Assembly (NCBI GenBank): GCA_001244265.2
Contig: CDLV01000012.1
Location: 1,178,001-1,242,000 of the forward strand
Length of the DNA: 64,000 nucleotides
Direction: 5' to 3'
DNA from: Microbotryum violaceum
Taxonomy: Eukaryota
Position 1 is the first letter of the stretch. Each line of letters begins with the position of its first letter. The notes beneath the pieces are model-generated. The model was given only the letters and a program-made list of their open reading frames with translations, had not been told where the DNA came from and made no database searches. Position numbers and translations under genes: made by a program. Shown here piece by piece: positions 33,595-47,199 of the stretch.

Positions 33595-35752
33595 TCCTCT
33601 ATTTTACGTCAATCGGTACGCCATCCCAAGATCCTGCACTTCCTTGCAGCCGACATCCCGCCGCCCGAAGTCGTCAAGAAGCTCGATGACATGCTCGTCG
33701 ATTTCGTCCGTGGGGGCAAGGGCAGGACCAGCTACGGCAGAGATATCGTGTTCACAGCCAAGCTCAAGGGGGGACTCGGGGTGATCAGGATGCAGGACGT
33801 CGTGTACGCGGTTGCGGCACGGATCTGGGACGTTCTTCTCGGCGGTTCGGGCGCGATCTGGCAAGGACTTGCGCGCGCGGCACTCCAGCGAGCTCAGTCC
33901 GACCTCGACCTGGCCACCGATCTCTGGCCACATCCATCCACTCCCATCCCCAGCGACCTCCATCCCGATGGCGAGCAGCTTTGGGGGTTCCGAAACAGCA
34001 AGACGCGCAGGTCAACCCGAGGACCTTGACCACCGCGAACCTGCTCGCGCTTCCCACCTTGCTCGGCAGCCTCCACACCCCATCAGAGGGAGACAGACCA
34101 TCGACGCGGTTCATATACCTGACTACCTTCGTCTCCAGGGCTACCCGAAGGTGGCGGATCTTTACCGGCGCGAGTTGTATGCGGGTGGGGGGTTTCACCT
34201 TTGGACGCCGCCGGCGGATGTGCTCGGCGACAACAGCGAGTACGATCGACGCGGGCTCCCGCAGCGACTGGCAATCGCGGCCTGGTACCGGTTCACTGTC
34301 GATCGACACAAGAACACGCCCTTGGCGGTGGCGGTGGCGGCAGGACGGCTCAACGTGCCTCCCCGGATCGGCACCAGCGCACCGCTCGAGGCGATTATCC
34401 CCAAGCCCGTGGCCCGCTTCGCAATGGAGCAGCGCCTTCCGGACCCGGTGCTTCCACAGCAGGCGAGCCAGTACAAGCTGCTGAACATGGCTCGACCGTA
34501 CACCATCCGTCGCATCCGCCGGGTCCTGAACGCGAAGGCCTTTACCAACACGCTCGGGCTCAAGGGACCACCGCAGCCGGACGACCTCAGGAGCTTTTGG
34601 AAGGCGGTCAACTCGAAGGCACTGACGGCGAGGGAGAGGGAAGTTTGGTTCAAGCTGATTCTCCGCTTCACCCCGACGCGCAAGCTGCAACACCAACAGA
34701 ATCACGACACTTCTCCCGCGTGCCTCGTCTGCGAAGCGCCGGTGGACGACACCGACCACTACTTTTTCGACTGCGTTGACTCTGGGAACGTTTGGATAGC
34801 GGCAAGGAGCGTGCTCTGCGACGCACTGGGGCTCGACACGATCGACAACACGCATTACACGGCTGTTCAACGCATGTTCGGACTTCCGAAGCTCAAGGCC
34901 AGTCTACGCGATCAAGAAGGAGCGGGGAGGACGATCGAAATATTCACCGGGCTGGTCTTGGAGATGATCAGCAGCGGGAGGTGGGGGATGCAGAAGTGGG
35001 GGACGAGGATGGAGGGTGTTGGGAGGAGGAGGATCATCTTGGAGGAGAGGTTGAAGCTGAGGGCGGGAGGAGCTTGGGGAGGAGAGGGCAGTAGAGGCTG
35101 GGTTCGACTTTCCCCCCACCACCACTACACACACACACACACCAAATTCTCGTGACATCATTTTCTCCTACTGTACACTAAATAGATCGCTTTCATCTTT
35201 CATTTGTTACAGGTTCATCGTTGCGGATCATGGACCATCTCGCGATTTGGCGTCGACTCGGTGTGGCTCGCGCTCTTCGGCTTCGGGGTTCTGAGTCAAG
35301 GGAGGGATCAGCGGACACAGGCAGAAAGTCGGCTTTGAGGGGCCAGGGACTGCCGATGGGGGAGGTTTTGAGGGACCTTCACCGCGTCTTGTTGTGACTG
35401 AGCAGAGACTTGGAGCGTCGAGGGTCGTGGTGGTTGCGCAGTCGTGCTCTTGTCTTCGTCTCGACCGAGTGGGAAGTGGCTGTGGGGTGGGCCTTCTGTC
35501 GTTAGTACATTTCTTTTCTTTCTTTTTCTCTTCATCTCTCTTTCTCTCTCTCATTAGTCTCCGGGGGGGGAGCAACCGCTTGGCTAGGGCATTTGAATCC
35601 GAATCTCGGATTGGTGGACTTGGCTCGTTTCTCGCACTTTTGCGGGCGGTTTGTGTTATCATCGTAGTCTTCCATCTAGTTTTTCCGTAGGCCAAAACAG
35701 GGGGAACAGGAACTGGGGGCAATATGATGAACGTTTTCTACAAAAAAAAAAA
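33595..35752 (+). mobile_element. Non-LTR family C, 5'-truncated
   Basis: ORF2 C-terminal half homologous to A and B (KILHFLAADIPP, KGGLGV, RPYTIRRIRR, REREVWFKL, CLVC...HYFFDC). Stop at 35155, 3' UTR and poly(A). Confidence 0.92.
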
Positions 35753-37508
35753 GCCCTACAGCACGAGCACGTGTGGTCGCGCGTGGGTCAGTTGCTCAAG
35801 GCGAAAGCCTTGCTGCCCAAGACCGCGTTGCGACCTGCTCGGATACCTCTCAAGGAGGCTCCCCGTCCTCGGTGCTTCAACTTCTTTGGGCTCACCCGAC
35901 CTTTTACGATTCGCAAGCTTCGTCGGCTTGTGAACGTGGTTCGGTTCCCAGGGAGGGAGGATCGTGTCAAGCGTTTCCGTGATGGGTCTTCTCAGAGCGA
36001 TAGGAAGCGCTTCTGGAGATGGCTTCATGACCGGTTCGCGTCTGCTGTGGAGCAGGACACCCACTGGCGGCTCATGTACGACGTGACGCCGACGCGCAAG
36101 AGGCAGCATACTCAGGGTCATGCCTCTTCGCCGACGTGTCTGTTCTGCGGCAAAGATGCAGCGGTCATCGAGACGGTGTCGCACTACTTCTTCGAGTGCG
36201 CGTACTCGACCAGCTTCTGGGGTGGGGTGCTTCGTATTCTGTTCGACAAGCTGGGCATCGAGGATACCGACGTCGATCCGTCGACGTTCACTCCGGAGCA
36301 GCTGACTATGGGGCTCCCCTTTTGCGGGGTCGTGGAGAACGACCTCGAAATGGATGTGGGTTCGGCTGGCTTGCGCGATCGGCTTCCAGCGGCTGCACCT
36401 GCTCCGCTGGCGCGTTCATCAGCGGTTCGAGCTGGACAAGGTCGTGGCCCCTCCCTCGCTCCCCAGTGCACTCAGAGCGTTCGAGCGAGATTTTCTCTCT
36501 CGAGCGGGTTTTGTGCCTGGGGCTCGAGATTGGGAGGTGTGATGACCGAGTTAAGTTCTTCCTTCCCATTTTCCTTCCCTCCTTTCCTCCCTTCTTTTTC
36601 GGAGGTCGACTCCTCTTTTAGAAGCTGACTGTCTTGAAACTTGTTGCGCAGTGGAAGGCTGCGCACCTCTCTCTCTCTCTCTCTCTCTACTTTGCGCAGT
36701 AGCGGTTTTTTGTTCTTGGATGGATCGGCAAGCCAGGTCGATTGTCTTTGCGTTGGAGGCTTTGTGAAGTTTTTCCCTCTCCTTTCCCCCTTTTTTCCCT
36801 TCCCTTCCTCTTCTCGTTCCTGTTGCTCGGTTGTTGACTACGCTTCAGCCACTTCTCCTTTTACTCCTAAGCCGTGTGTTGGATTCCGTTGAATGGTTCG
36901 TTCGTTCGCGTTGGTCAAGATCTACGGCATGGCTCGGGAAGGAAGGTCGCTCGTTTCTGGTCAATATCCTCGCGTCAAGGCGAGGCTCGTTTCGTTGTAC
37001 TGGATCGCTTTTCTCTCGGCCCCGATGGCTCAACAGCCAGCACTCGAGATTCAGCCAAGGGAGGACATCAGGCGCTGTCGGGGTGACGAGTAGCTGGGGC
37101 TTGGCTGCGGCCTGTTAGTCCCTGGGGACCTCTACCTCCGGCTTCGACCCCCTCCCTTGGCCCCTCGGGTGTGTTCCCCTCCTCTCTGTCTTAGTATTCC
37201 TGGTTCTCCGTATCCCCAGTCGTGACTTTCTGTATACTCTCCCCCTTCTTTCTCTAGGCGCTCTTGCCTGGTTTTCGAGTATCTTCGCTCCCGCGCTTGG
37301 GACGTGAAGCGGCAGCAGTACTCACCGCCCGTTGGAGTCCGCGTTAGGTGCTCGGCGGGTTTTGATCTGCGCAGCGCTCTTTGCGCGCAGGGGTTTGACT
37401 TTCACCCAACTGCTTGCCGTCGTTGCTTTATAACCTCCTTTAGCTCTTTTTGTAGCGGTCCCAGCCAACCCGAAGGATTGCAATTTATGAGCCCCAGTCA
37501 AAAAAAAA
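35753..37508 (+). mobile_element. Non-LTR family A, 5'-truncated copy 2
   Basis: Near-identical to 29718-31476; ends in poly(A). Confidence 0.95.
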
Positions 37509-37570
37509 CAGCCAAAACAGGGGGAACAGGAACTGGGGGCAATATGATGAACGTTTTCTACAAAAAAAAA
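37509..37570 (+). mobile_element. Non-LTR family C, ~55-bp 3'-end fragment with poly(A)
   Basis: Identical to 35691-35750. Confidence 0.9.
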
Positions 37571-37579
37571 TCAGCCAGA

Positions 37580-40500
37580 TTTTTTTTTTTTTTTTTTTTT
37601 TTTTGGTATGAAACTCATCGCTAATTTGCAAGACGAGAAAACCCCCTACGGAACTAAAGGAGATGCTACCCAGTATGCACGATGATGACCACAACCGCCG
37701 CTTGATGCGTTGTAACTAGCAGAACAGACCAACCCGATACATCCGAGTTCAAGTCCCCCCACCCACGGTTGCTCCCTCCCAGAGACGAATGAAAGGAAGA
37801 TTGAAGATTATACACAAGGAATCGGGAAAAGATGGATGAGTCGTTGGTGATGGTACATGTGTTGTACAGGCGAATCCGATTATAGTTGTACAGTTGAACC
37901 TTCTTCGATCTTTTGACTTCAGCCCCCCCTGAGACCGCCATACTCCTTGAAGCCCCTTAATTCTTTGAGACGCGTCGAACAAGGCCTCCGATGGCACAAA
38001 CATCCCGCTCAATCCAAATGATTCACGTGGTCCAAAGGGGGAATGTAACCCCCTGCGACCGCAGCAATCACATACCCCTTGTACCCGTCTGCGCTGGATC
38101 TCCACCGCGGATTCCAAACCCCTTTTCGGTTACCAAAGTCGGCCCCCCTCGCGACCGCACGACCCCAGATCACCCCCATTCCAATGACTGCAACTGCGAA
38201 ACAGGCCTACTTCGCACAAAAACACACAATCCAGAGATTTCCGGGGAAAGTCACGGAGCATGTGACAGTCCATTGGACACGCCTCGGTCGGGTGCAGCGC
38301 GGGCGGGTGGCCGTCAACACCGGCGCGCGGCTGGAGACAAGGGCGGGGTATACCTTCCGCAGGGGCCTCGCTTCCCTGCGGCGTACTCCCAATCTCGGAA
38401 CGCACACTCGAGTCCCCTTGTACGTGCAGGTGGTTCCCAATCACCGCAGATACTGGGGAAAGAAGGAGCATGAGGCCCACGACGGTGATGTCATTGGGTG
38501 GGACCTCGCTCGAGTGTGGATGTGTATGGCGGTTCGGTACCCGAGTCACCCGCCGCGCGGCCGCGACTCCGAGCGAGCAGCAAAGCAAGGAGAGGCGAGC
38601 CACGCAGGCAGTTTGTGCCGGCCTTGAACAGGAGATCACGGAGTCGCTCGACCGAAAGAGAAGACAGACCCGGCCCTTGAGAGGAGTGGAAAACTCACGG
38701 CATAGTCCAGGAGAGGGCCAAGGGGATCCGTTTTCGCTGTGTGTCATCGTGATGTGGCAGAAGCTCGAACCAAGGGCGACAATGCCCGCCGGCGCAAAGA
38801 ACCCGAGGCTCCTGGGGAGTACGGAAGCCTATGAGGAGGAATGGCAAAAAGAGCGAGAGAAAACAGGTCCAGTATTCTGGCGTGTTTGGGAGACATTTTG
38901 GAGATTGAGAAGGAGGGAAAAGGGACTTGTGATTTTTTGGGGGTTTGGTTTTTGCTTGGATAGGGAGGGAGCGCCATCTACTTCATCGCGCCAATCTGAG
39001 CTCCAACCTCTCCTTCAGTCCCGCCATCTCCTTGTCCATGCTCGACATCGCTCTGGCGTGGCGATGGAGATCCAAGCGTCGGTTGCTGAGAGTGTCGAGC
39101 GCCAGCGCAATGAAGGCGCGGATTGGACGCTTTTTCGACGTCGGAAGGCGAGCGCGCAGTCGAGGGAGGCCGTGCTCGATCTGAAGTGCCGTGTAGTCGA
39201 GGTCGAGGATCGACACGACCCCCAGCGCGTCGCAGATAATGGACCTAGCTGCTTGCCAAAATTGAGAAGAGTCAGGGCAATCATGCCAAAAGTGAGTAAA
39301 GTCATCCTCTACCCCTGCCAGGCTGCATGCCTGCACAAGGCAGCAGGCCGAGTCGCCATGCCGCTGCACAAACTGGCGCTTCCGCGTTGGCGTGAAGTGG
39401 TACGCCAGCTTGAAGTGCACCTCGCGCTCGCGGGCCGTGGCGGGCCCGGTGTGGAACCACCCCAGAAGAGTCGCCTTTCTTTGGGTGTGGCGAGTGATCC
39501 AGGGCGTTGTGTGTCGTCGAAACGTCGATGGTTGATGACGCGTCGAAGTCGCGCAATGGTGTAGGGTCTGTCCAAGCTCAACATTCTCCACTGATTAGCA
39601 AGCAAGGGGGCGGAGGGGAGGGGAAGTCTTTGATCAGGCATGCCGACCGGAGTCGCTCTGGGCAAGATGTGCTCGAGGGGACCGCCGGGCCGGGCTCCAG
39701 GTGCTCCAACGACACTAATGACGGGTGGTCGACGTGCGAGGACGGGAACAGGAGGCGGAAGCGGCGGGATGAAGCGATCGCCTGCGACCTGGATCCACGC
39801 CTGGACTTGATCGCGCTTCCATTGCCAAAGGTTGGACAGCTCCGAGCCGTCGCCTTGGGGATGCTTCTCAGGGGTCCAGGGCACCGTTGGAGCTGCGGGT
39901 ATTGAGCTCGAGCATAGATGTCAGCGATGGTGCGTTCGAAACTGAAATGCTTCGCCAAACGCTTATCCTGCTCCGAGAACGCCCGCGAGTCATGCAGACC
40001 CGGTTGGAGGGGGAAAGAGAAAGAAGATTGGAGACCGAAAGTTTGGCAGGATCGACGACGGCAGGGTAGCGTTCAGCGACCGAGAGCACCGCTCGCCAGC
40101 GGGGATGTAGCTCCCGGGGTGCGTCGGCGTTCCTCCACGTCCACAGATCCGCAGCAAAGTCAAAGGTCGGAAGCGCTCGCCGGATGGAACTCCGAGCCAG
40201 ATCGCCCCAAATCGCAGTTGACCCGCCGGCCAGCACATCCCAGATCCGTACCGAGACTGAATCCACCACATCCTGGATGCTCACGACGCTGAGACCGCCT
40301 CGCGCCCGTGCCGTGAAGACGACCGATTGCTTGTAGTCGCTGCGCCGCGGGCCTCCCTTCACAAAGTCAGCAAGCTTGCGCTCGATCGACTTGATCACGT
40401 CGGATGGCGGGATGTCGGCGGAGAGAGAGTGCAGCACCTTGGAGATGCCGTAGCAGTTAAGATAGAAAGCCCGGGTATGATGCGTCATCCATCGGTCGCG

Positions 40501-43500
40501 CACCGAGAGAATCACTCGATCAACCCTTCGCTCAAGATCATGGAATCCCAGCCTGTTGTTGCCGTCAGGCGCAAACTGGAGACCGATCCAGGGAAGAGAC
40601 TCGTCCGGTGCCACGAACGACAGTTTGGACAAGTCCGCGCGATCCCACAACGTCGCGCCCAATGGCATCACCACAGTTTTGTCGGTGTTTAGACGTCCGT
40701 TCGTCGCGAGTCGCCAATCCCGAGCTAACGCCTCGAGCGAAGCAATAGCTTCCGGCCCAGCAACAGCGACGACGGCGTCATCCGCGAACGCCAAATTGGT
40801 GATGCATCGAGTCTGCGGACGATGAGCCAGCTCCGGAAGAGTGATAGTCAGCGCAATGTTGCGTCGACTGAGAGAATCAAGGAAGGGTTGGAATACCACA
40901 TCCCAGACAGAAGAAGAGAGAGGATCGCCCTGGCCAAGACCGCACAGGAGTCGCACCGTCTCGGTGAGGAAACCGTTGACAATGTACCGCGCTGTGGACG
41001 TCTCGCCGTTGTAGAGCATCCGCAAGACGCGCTGGAAAGGTTCCGGCGCGCCGAGAGCCTCAAACACCGCAAAGACCCAGTCGTGCTCGACCATGTCGTA
41101 AGCCGAGCTCTGATCCAGGGAGAGGAGCGCTGCTGTCGGGAACTCTGCCCCACGACCCCTAATCTCATCGATCAGGAGCCGCAGATGCAAAGCCGCGTCC
41201 GCTGGTCTTCGCCCCTTGACGAACCCATGCTGTCCGGCCGGAAGAACATCGGGGAGGATCCGGTTCAGACGAGCCACGTAGACCTTGGTGAAGATCTTGT
41301 AGTCGCATTCCCGCAAGGTGATCGGACGATACGATTTGAGGTCGCACCGCGCTGCACCAGGTTTGTTGTGTTTGAACAAGAGGCGCACATTGGCCTGGCT
41401 CTGTTGTGGAGTAAGGGAGCCTCGAGTAATCAGCTCGTTGTAGGCTCGAGTCAAGAGAGGGGCCCAAAGCAGGGGGCAGGCTCGATACATCTCATAGGGG
41501 ACCCCTGAAGGACCCGGAGATCGACCTTCGTGCGTGGTTCGAATCGCTGCGAGCACCTCGGCCTCGCTGATGGGCTCGGCCAGAATGTCGACGTGCGAAT
41601 TCGAGAACCGCCGAAGGAAGCGAGCGTCGGAAAGCGGGTCGTCACAAGGTCTTGCTGATCTGATGGGTCCCAAGAGCTCATCCCGCATCGTCACGACCTG
41701 TTCCGGATCCTTCGCTTCGACAAGGTAGTGCTGCTGGAAATGAGAATGGGTGTGTTCGAGCGCGCGCTCAATGTCAGTGGTGAGCTCGCCATCAGCGAGC
41801 CGGATACTCTGAAACTTCACATCGCGGGACCGAGCAGCCAGTTTGGCATGTACCGGACGACTGAGACGTTCCTCGGATGCAATCTCGGGAACGTGCGCCC
41901 TGATCCGGGACTGCCTTGCTCGCTCGTTCACAAGCTTGGAGAGAGCGTCGTGGGTGTTCGTCCAGTCGATAATATCGAAGGGGCTCAGCACCCGACGAGA
42001 CTCAATGTCCTGCAGTCGAGATACCAGCATCATTTCGAGGGCGTTGCGCTCCCGAAACAGACGCCGAGACAGCTCGAGAGCTTGGACCCGAGACTCCGAG
42101 AGTACGCGCTGAAGGTCCGCGACCGGATCCCCAGACGGTGCCTGCTCAAGGAGACGAGTGACGAACTCCTTAAACTCGGCGTGTCTGAAGGTCGACGAGT
42201 TGATGCGGGTCAGAAAATGAGCCGCCTGGGGAAGGCAGAGCTCCTCTTCGACCTCGGCACCACTTGCGCGCAGCCTAAATGTGACCGTAACCGGTCGATG
42301 ATCCGACATGGATCGAGAGATATTGTACAGAGTAGAAGCAGAAACGACCCGTCGCTCGTGTCGCCGCTGCACCAGAACAAAGTCGATGCGCGCGCGCGAA
42401 ATGAGCTGGCCGTCCTTGCTGAGATGTGGGCGCGTGGTCGCCGGCGACAGTGGGTGCATGAGCCGAATGGCATCCGTGTACGCCCCGTCGAGCCGAGACA
42501 TAAGCACAGGCCAGTGGTGGGTGTTCGGGCGGTCCACCTGTTGCGCTCGATCCACCGCGGGAATAGGGCAGTCGTTGAGATCTCCCGCGATGAACCGAAT
42601 ATGAGAGGAGACGGTCGCCCGAAAGTGAAGGGAGGTGAAGAAGAGGAGGCGCTCGGCGGGTTGAACCGGAGCGTAGATATTGTTGAGTTCGACGACGTCC
42701 GTCGAACCCCGCACATCGAAGGTGGTCACGAGTAAGCGCCCGCCAAGAGACTGACACGTGCGACGATGACCACCGAGAAGAGGAGAAGAGCTTGGAATCA
42801 AAGTGAGGCAGTGTTGAGAAAAGTAAGCCTCGCCCTGGTGGGACTGGGCCTACTCGTGGCGTATGTGAGATTGTCGTGCTTTAGGAACATTATGTTCCTG
42901 GAGAAGGATAGCAGAAGGGGGAGGTGTGAGCGAAGTGAGATACGAAAGAAGCAGACGACGTCGTTCAGGGGTATTGAAGCCCCTGTTGACGTTCCAGGTC
43001 ATGATGATGAACTCAATCATTACGATCGCGCCTTCGTTGCAGCAGCAGCTCCCTTGATGGACAACATAGGTCCGAATGTGGGTGACGGGAGAGGGTCCGC
43101 AGCAGTCGATTCGTTCCAGTCCGATGTGCGCGCAACGCTGGTGAGACGCTGGATACGCTCGGACCGGCGAAGACCCTGGGAAGTTCCTTCTTCCACCTCC
43201 TGCTTGGGCTCGGGCTCGGGATCACACACTGGACCTGGAGACGGCGAAGGCATCCAACCGGTCACAGACGGGGTGCGGTCCAACTCGGTGATCTCATCGT
43301 ACAGACCGGCATCCTGTTTGCGCTCGCGATCCGACACACGATTCATCCAGTCGTCAGGAAGGCCGTCCATATCAAGCTGATGGTGACTGGCCGATCGGAA
43401 CCGCGTCAGCTCAGGGGTCGTCGAGACAACCTCAGGCATAGACCCCGTCTCGGCCGACTGCGATTCCCCTTCTTCCGCGTCACTCGTCTCCGTGTGTTCC

Positions 43501-45138
43501 TCCTGGTTCCCCTCCGCTCCGCGGTCCTGCAGATCCGACAGATCCGAAGGCTCCAACGGCGGCACCTCCTGCTGTGGTTCCAGCTGTGCCTCGACTACGC
43601 TCATCGCGTCCTTGTCGTCCGCGAGAGCCTGAGCGGGCTCCCCCTGCGCCTCTTCGGCCACGTCGCCGGCCAGACTTGCGAATGGGTTTGCGGCGACGAT
43701 GAAACCGCGAAGGGCGGATGCTGTGGGTGTAGAGCTTTGTGAACGAGCAGGGTAGACTCGTGGTGAGTTGTTAGTGTCCCTTGTGGGAGATGCGTTCTTC
43801 TTTGAACGCTTGGACGCGACAGGGGACATTGGGGGAGAGGGAGAGGCTACATCACCTCTGCGTTGTTTTTGGGGGTCGAGGTTTGCTCGATGCTGCTTTG
43901 GGGCTCGGCCTGGGGCCTTTGGTTGTTGTTATTTTTCTGGGCGGCCTGCTGACGCTGGACCGGCTTTTGAACGCAGTTGTCGGAGTGGCCTACAAAACCG
44001 CATCGGCGGCAGGAGGCTTCGGCCTCGTAGTCGTGGCGAAGGGGCGTGAGAGTTGCGAGTCGTCCTCGAAGGTCGATCCTCGTCGGTAGAACCTGTCGAA
44101 GTTGAGCACCGTTGTTTTTGAACAGATCGTCGTCGTCGAACTGGACGATGGCCGCGTAGTTTCCTCGAGCAACGAGATACGAGCCTTGAACGACTGTTAG
44201 AGGCTGCTGGAGTTGGAGCAAGTCGCACTTGTGGCCGTCCCCGGTAAGCTTGGCGACGACGCCTTGCAGTTTGCTCCAGAGGTCGTCATTCGTGTATTCA
44301 GCCTCAGGACTGATGATGAAACGCAGTTCGACGACGTTCTTGACGAACGCCAAGCGCTTGCGGACTTGGGCAAAGGAGCGTTTCCACTCGATCTTGGTCG
44401 CCGCGTCGTGGACTTGGTCGAGCGCCGCTGCGCTAGCGCAGCGCACCACGAACTTGAACCGGGTGTTGCCGTTTTGGATGATCGACTCCGGTGCGACTCT
44501 ATGGATGACTGGAGCGTATTTCTGGAGCTCGGGGGGAGGACAACTCCTGCGGGCAGGTTAAAACACAACGACGTGTCGGGCGACAGGGTACGGAGCACCT
44601 TCGAGTACAACTCGGACTTCTCGCGTTCAGTGGCCACACCGGTGTGTTCGAACGTGACTTCAAGAACGGCACCAGACGTGTCGGCGATTGGTTTCGTTGC
44701 ATTGAGTGCGCTAAAGCGCAGGGAGGTGGCCCGGTCCTTGCCGAAGCCGAGTGCTTCTTTGAGCACAAGGATGCGGGTGCCCTGGCGTGTGCCATCTTCG
44801 ACACTGATCATCTTCAGGATCCTCGCGACATCCTCCTTCCTCTTCTTCTCTTCATCACGCTTTTCCTGGTACAGCGCTAGGCCGGGGTTCCCTGGTCCCT
44901 CGGCGGCATCGGCCTCCGCCCCCGCGTCACCACGTAGTTGCCCCGTCGCTGCCGGCTCCGGAGGGCCGCGGCCCGGATCAGGCGGTGCCTGGTCGGACAT
45001 TGGGTCGATAGCTGATGTAGCGGTTGATGTATTCGATGTATTGACGTTTGCCGAGGTAGGGTAGTGCGATTGAGATGAAAGATGAAAGATGAAAGATGAA
45101 AGATGAAAGATGAAAGATGAAGATGAAAGATGAAAGAT
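37580..45138 (-). mobile_element. Full-length non-LTR family B element (left arm of palindrome)
   Basis: On the minus strand: 5' (CATCTTT)n, ORF1 45000-43020, ORF2 43020-38983 (APE endonuclease, RT, Cys/His motif), 1.4-kb 3' UTR, A25 tail. Confidence 0.95.
45074..45138. repeat. (GATGAAA)n microsatellite forming the palindrome spacer and the 5' end of the left element
   Basis: About 9 units, seen directly. Confidence 0.95.
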
Positions 45139-45218
45139 ATGTATCTCAATCGCACTACCCTACCTTGGCAAACGTCAATACATCGAATACATCAACCGCT
45201 ACATCAGCTATCGACCCA

Positions 45219-47199
45219 ATGTCCGACCAGGCACCGCCTGATCCGGGCCGCGGCCCTCCGGAGCCGGCAGCGACGGGGCAACTACGTGGTGACGCGGGGG
45301 CGGAGGCCGATGCCGCCGAGGGACCAGGGAACCCCGGCCTAGCGCTGTACCAGGAAAAGCGTGATGAAGAGAAGAAGAGGAAGGAGGATGTCGCGAGGAT
45401 CCTGAAGATGATCAGTGTCGAAGATGGCACACGCCAGGGCACCCGCATCCTTGTGCTCAAAGAAGCACTCGGCTTCGGCAAGGACCGGGCCACCTCCCTG
45501 CGCTTTAGCGCACTCAATGCAACGAAACCAATCGCCGACACGTCTGGTGCCGTTCTTGAAGTCACGTTCGAACACACCGGTGTGGCCACTGAACGCGAGA
45601 AGTCCGAGTTGTACTCGAAGGTGCTCCGTACCCTGTCGCCCGACACGTCGTTGTGTTTTAACCTGCCCGCAGGAGTTGTCCTCCCCCCGAGCTCCAGAAA
45701 TACGCTCCAGTCATCCATAGAGTCGCACCGGAGTCGATCATCCAAAACGGCAACACCCGGTTCAAGTTCGTGGTGCGCTGCGCTAGCGCAGCGGCGCTCG
45801 ACCAAGTCCACGACGCGGCGACCAAGATCGAGTGGAAACGCTCCTTTGCCCAAGTCCGCAAGCGCTTGGCGTTCGTCAAGAACGTCGTCGAACTGCGTTT
45901 CATCATCAGTCCTGAGGCTGAATACACGAATGACGACCTCTGGAGCAAACTGCAAGGCGTCGTCGCCAAGCTTACCGGGGACGGCCACAAGTGCGACTTG
46001 CTCCAACTCCAGCAGCCTCTAACAGTCGTTCAAGGCTCGTATCTCGTTGCTCGAGGAAACTACGCGGCCATCGTCCAGTTCGACGACGACGATCTGTTCA
46101 AAAACAACGGTGCTCAACTTCGACAGGTTCTACCGACGAGGATCGACCTTCGAGGACGACTCGCAACTCTCACGCCCCTTCGCCACGACTACGAGGCCGA
46201 AGCCTCCTGCCGCCGATGCGGTTTTGTAGGCCACTCCGACAACTGCGTTCAAAAGCCGGTCCAGCGTCAGCAGGCCGCCCAGAAAAATAACAACAACCAA
46301 AGGCCCCAGGCCGAGCCCCAAAGCAGCATCGAGCAAACCTCGACCCCCAAAAACAACGCAGAGGTGATGTAGCCTCTCCCTCTCCCCCAATGTCCCCTGT
46401 CGCGTCCAAGCGTTCAAAGAAGAACGCATCTCCCACAAGGGACACTAACAACTCACCACGAGTCTACCCTGCTCGTTCACAAAGCTCTACACCCACAGCA
46501 TCCGCCCTTCGCGGTTTCATCGTCGCCGCAAACCCATTCGCAAGTCTGGCCGGCGACGTGGCCGAAGAGGCGCAGGGGGAGCCCGCTCAGGCTCTCGCGG
46601 ACGACAAGGACGCGATGAGCGTAGTCGAGGCACAGCTGGAACCACAGCAGGAGGTGCCGCCGTTGGAGCCTTCGGATCTGTCGGATCTGCAGGACCGCGG
46701 AGCGGAGGGGAACCAGGAGGAACACACGGAGACGAGTGACGCGGAAGAAGGGGAATCGCAGTCGGCCGAGACGGGGTCTATGCCTGAGGTTGTCTCGACG
46801 ACCCCTGAGCTGACGCGGTTCCGATCGGCCAGTCACCATCAGCTTGATATGGACGGCCTTCCTGACGACTGGATGAATCGTGTGTCGGATCGCGAGCGCA
46901 AACAGGATGCCGGTCTGTACGATGAGATCACCGAGTTGGACCGCACCCCGTCTGTGACCGGTTGGATGCCTTCGCCGTCTCCAGGTCCAGTGTGTGATCC
47001 CGAGCCCGAGCCCAAGCAGGAGGTGGAAGAAGGAACTTCCCAGGGTCTTCGCCGGTCCGAGCGTATCCAGCGTCTCACCAGCGTTGCGCGCACATCGGAC
47101 TGGAACGAATCGACTGCTGCGGACCCTCTCCCGTCACCCACATTCGGACCTATGTTGTCCATCAAGGGAGCTGCTGCTGCAACGAAGGCGCGATCGTAA
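45219..47199 (+). CDS. Family B ORF1 (gag-like, CCHC-type knuckle); two 1-bp homopolymer frameshifts
   Basis: CRRCGFVGHSDNC. Homologous to family D ORF1 (LRFSALNA..LEVT..H..EKSEL...LSP). Frames join if one C is added near 45685 and one A near 46350. Confidence 0.8.

Noticed and set aside
38470-42735. Long ORFs antisense to LINE ORF2 (e.g. 38470-39564, 41728-42735)
   Set aside because: Shadow frames of GC-rich coding sequence with no recognisable motifs.
45074-45138. (GATGAAA)n or (CACTT)n as telomeric or CRISPR repeats
   Set aside because: No spacers, not a telomere motif, and positioned exactly at LINE 5' ends.
45680-46355. Programmed frameshifting in family B ORF1
   Set aside because: Both shifts are 1-bp deficits in homopolymer runs, like many others in these repeats. 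Sequencing or polishing error, or mutation, is more likely.
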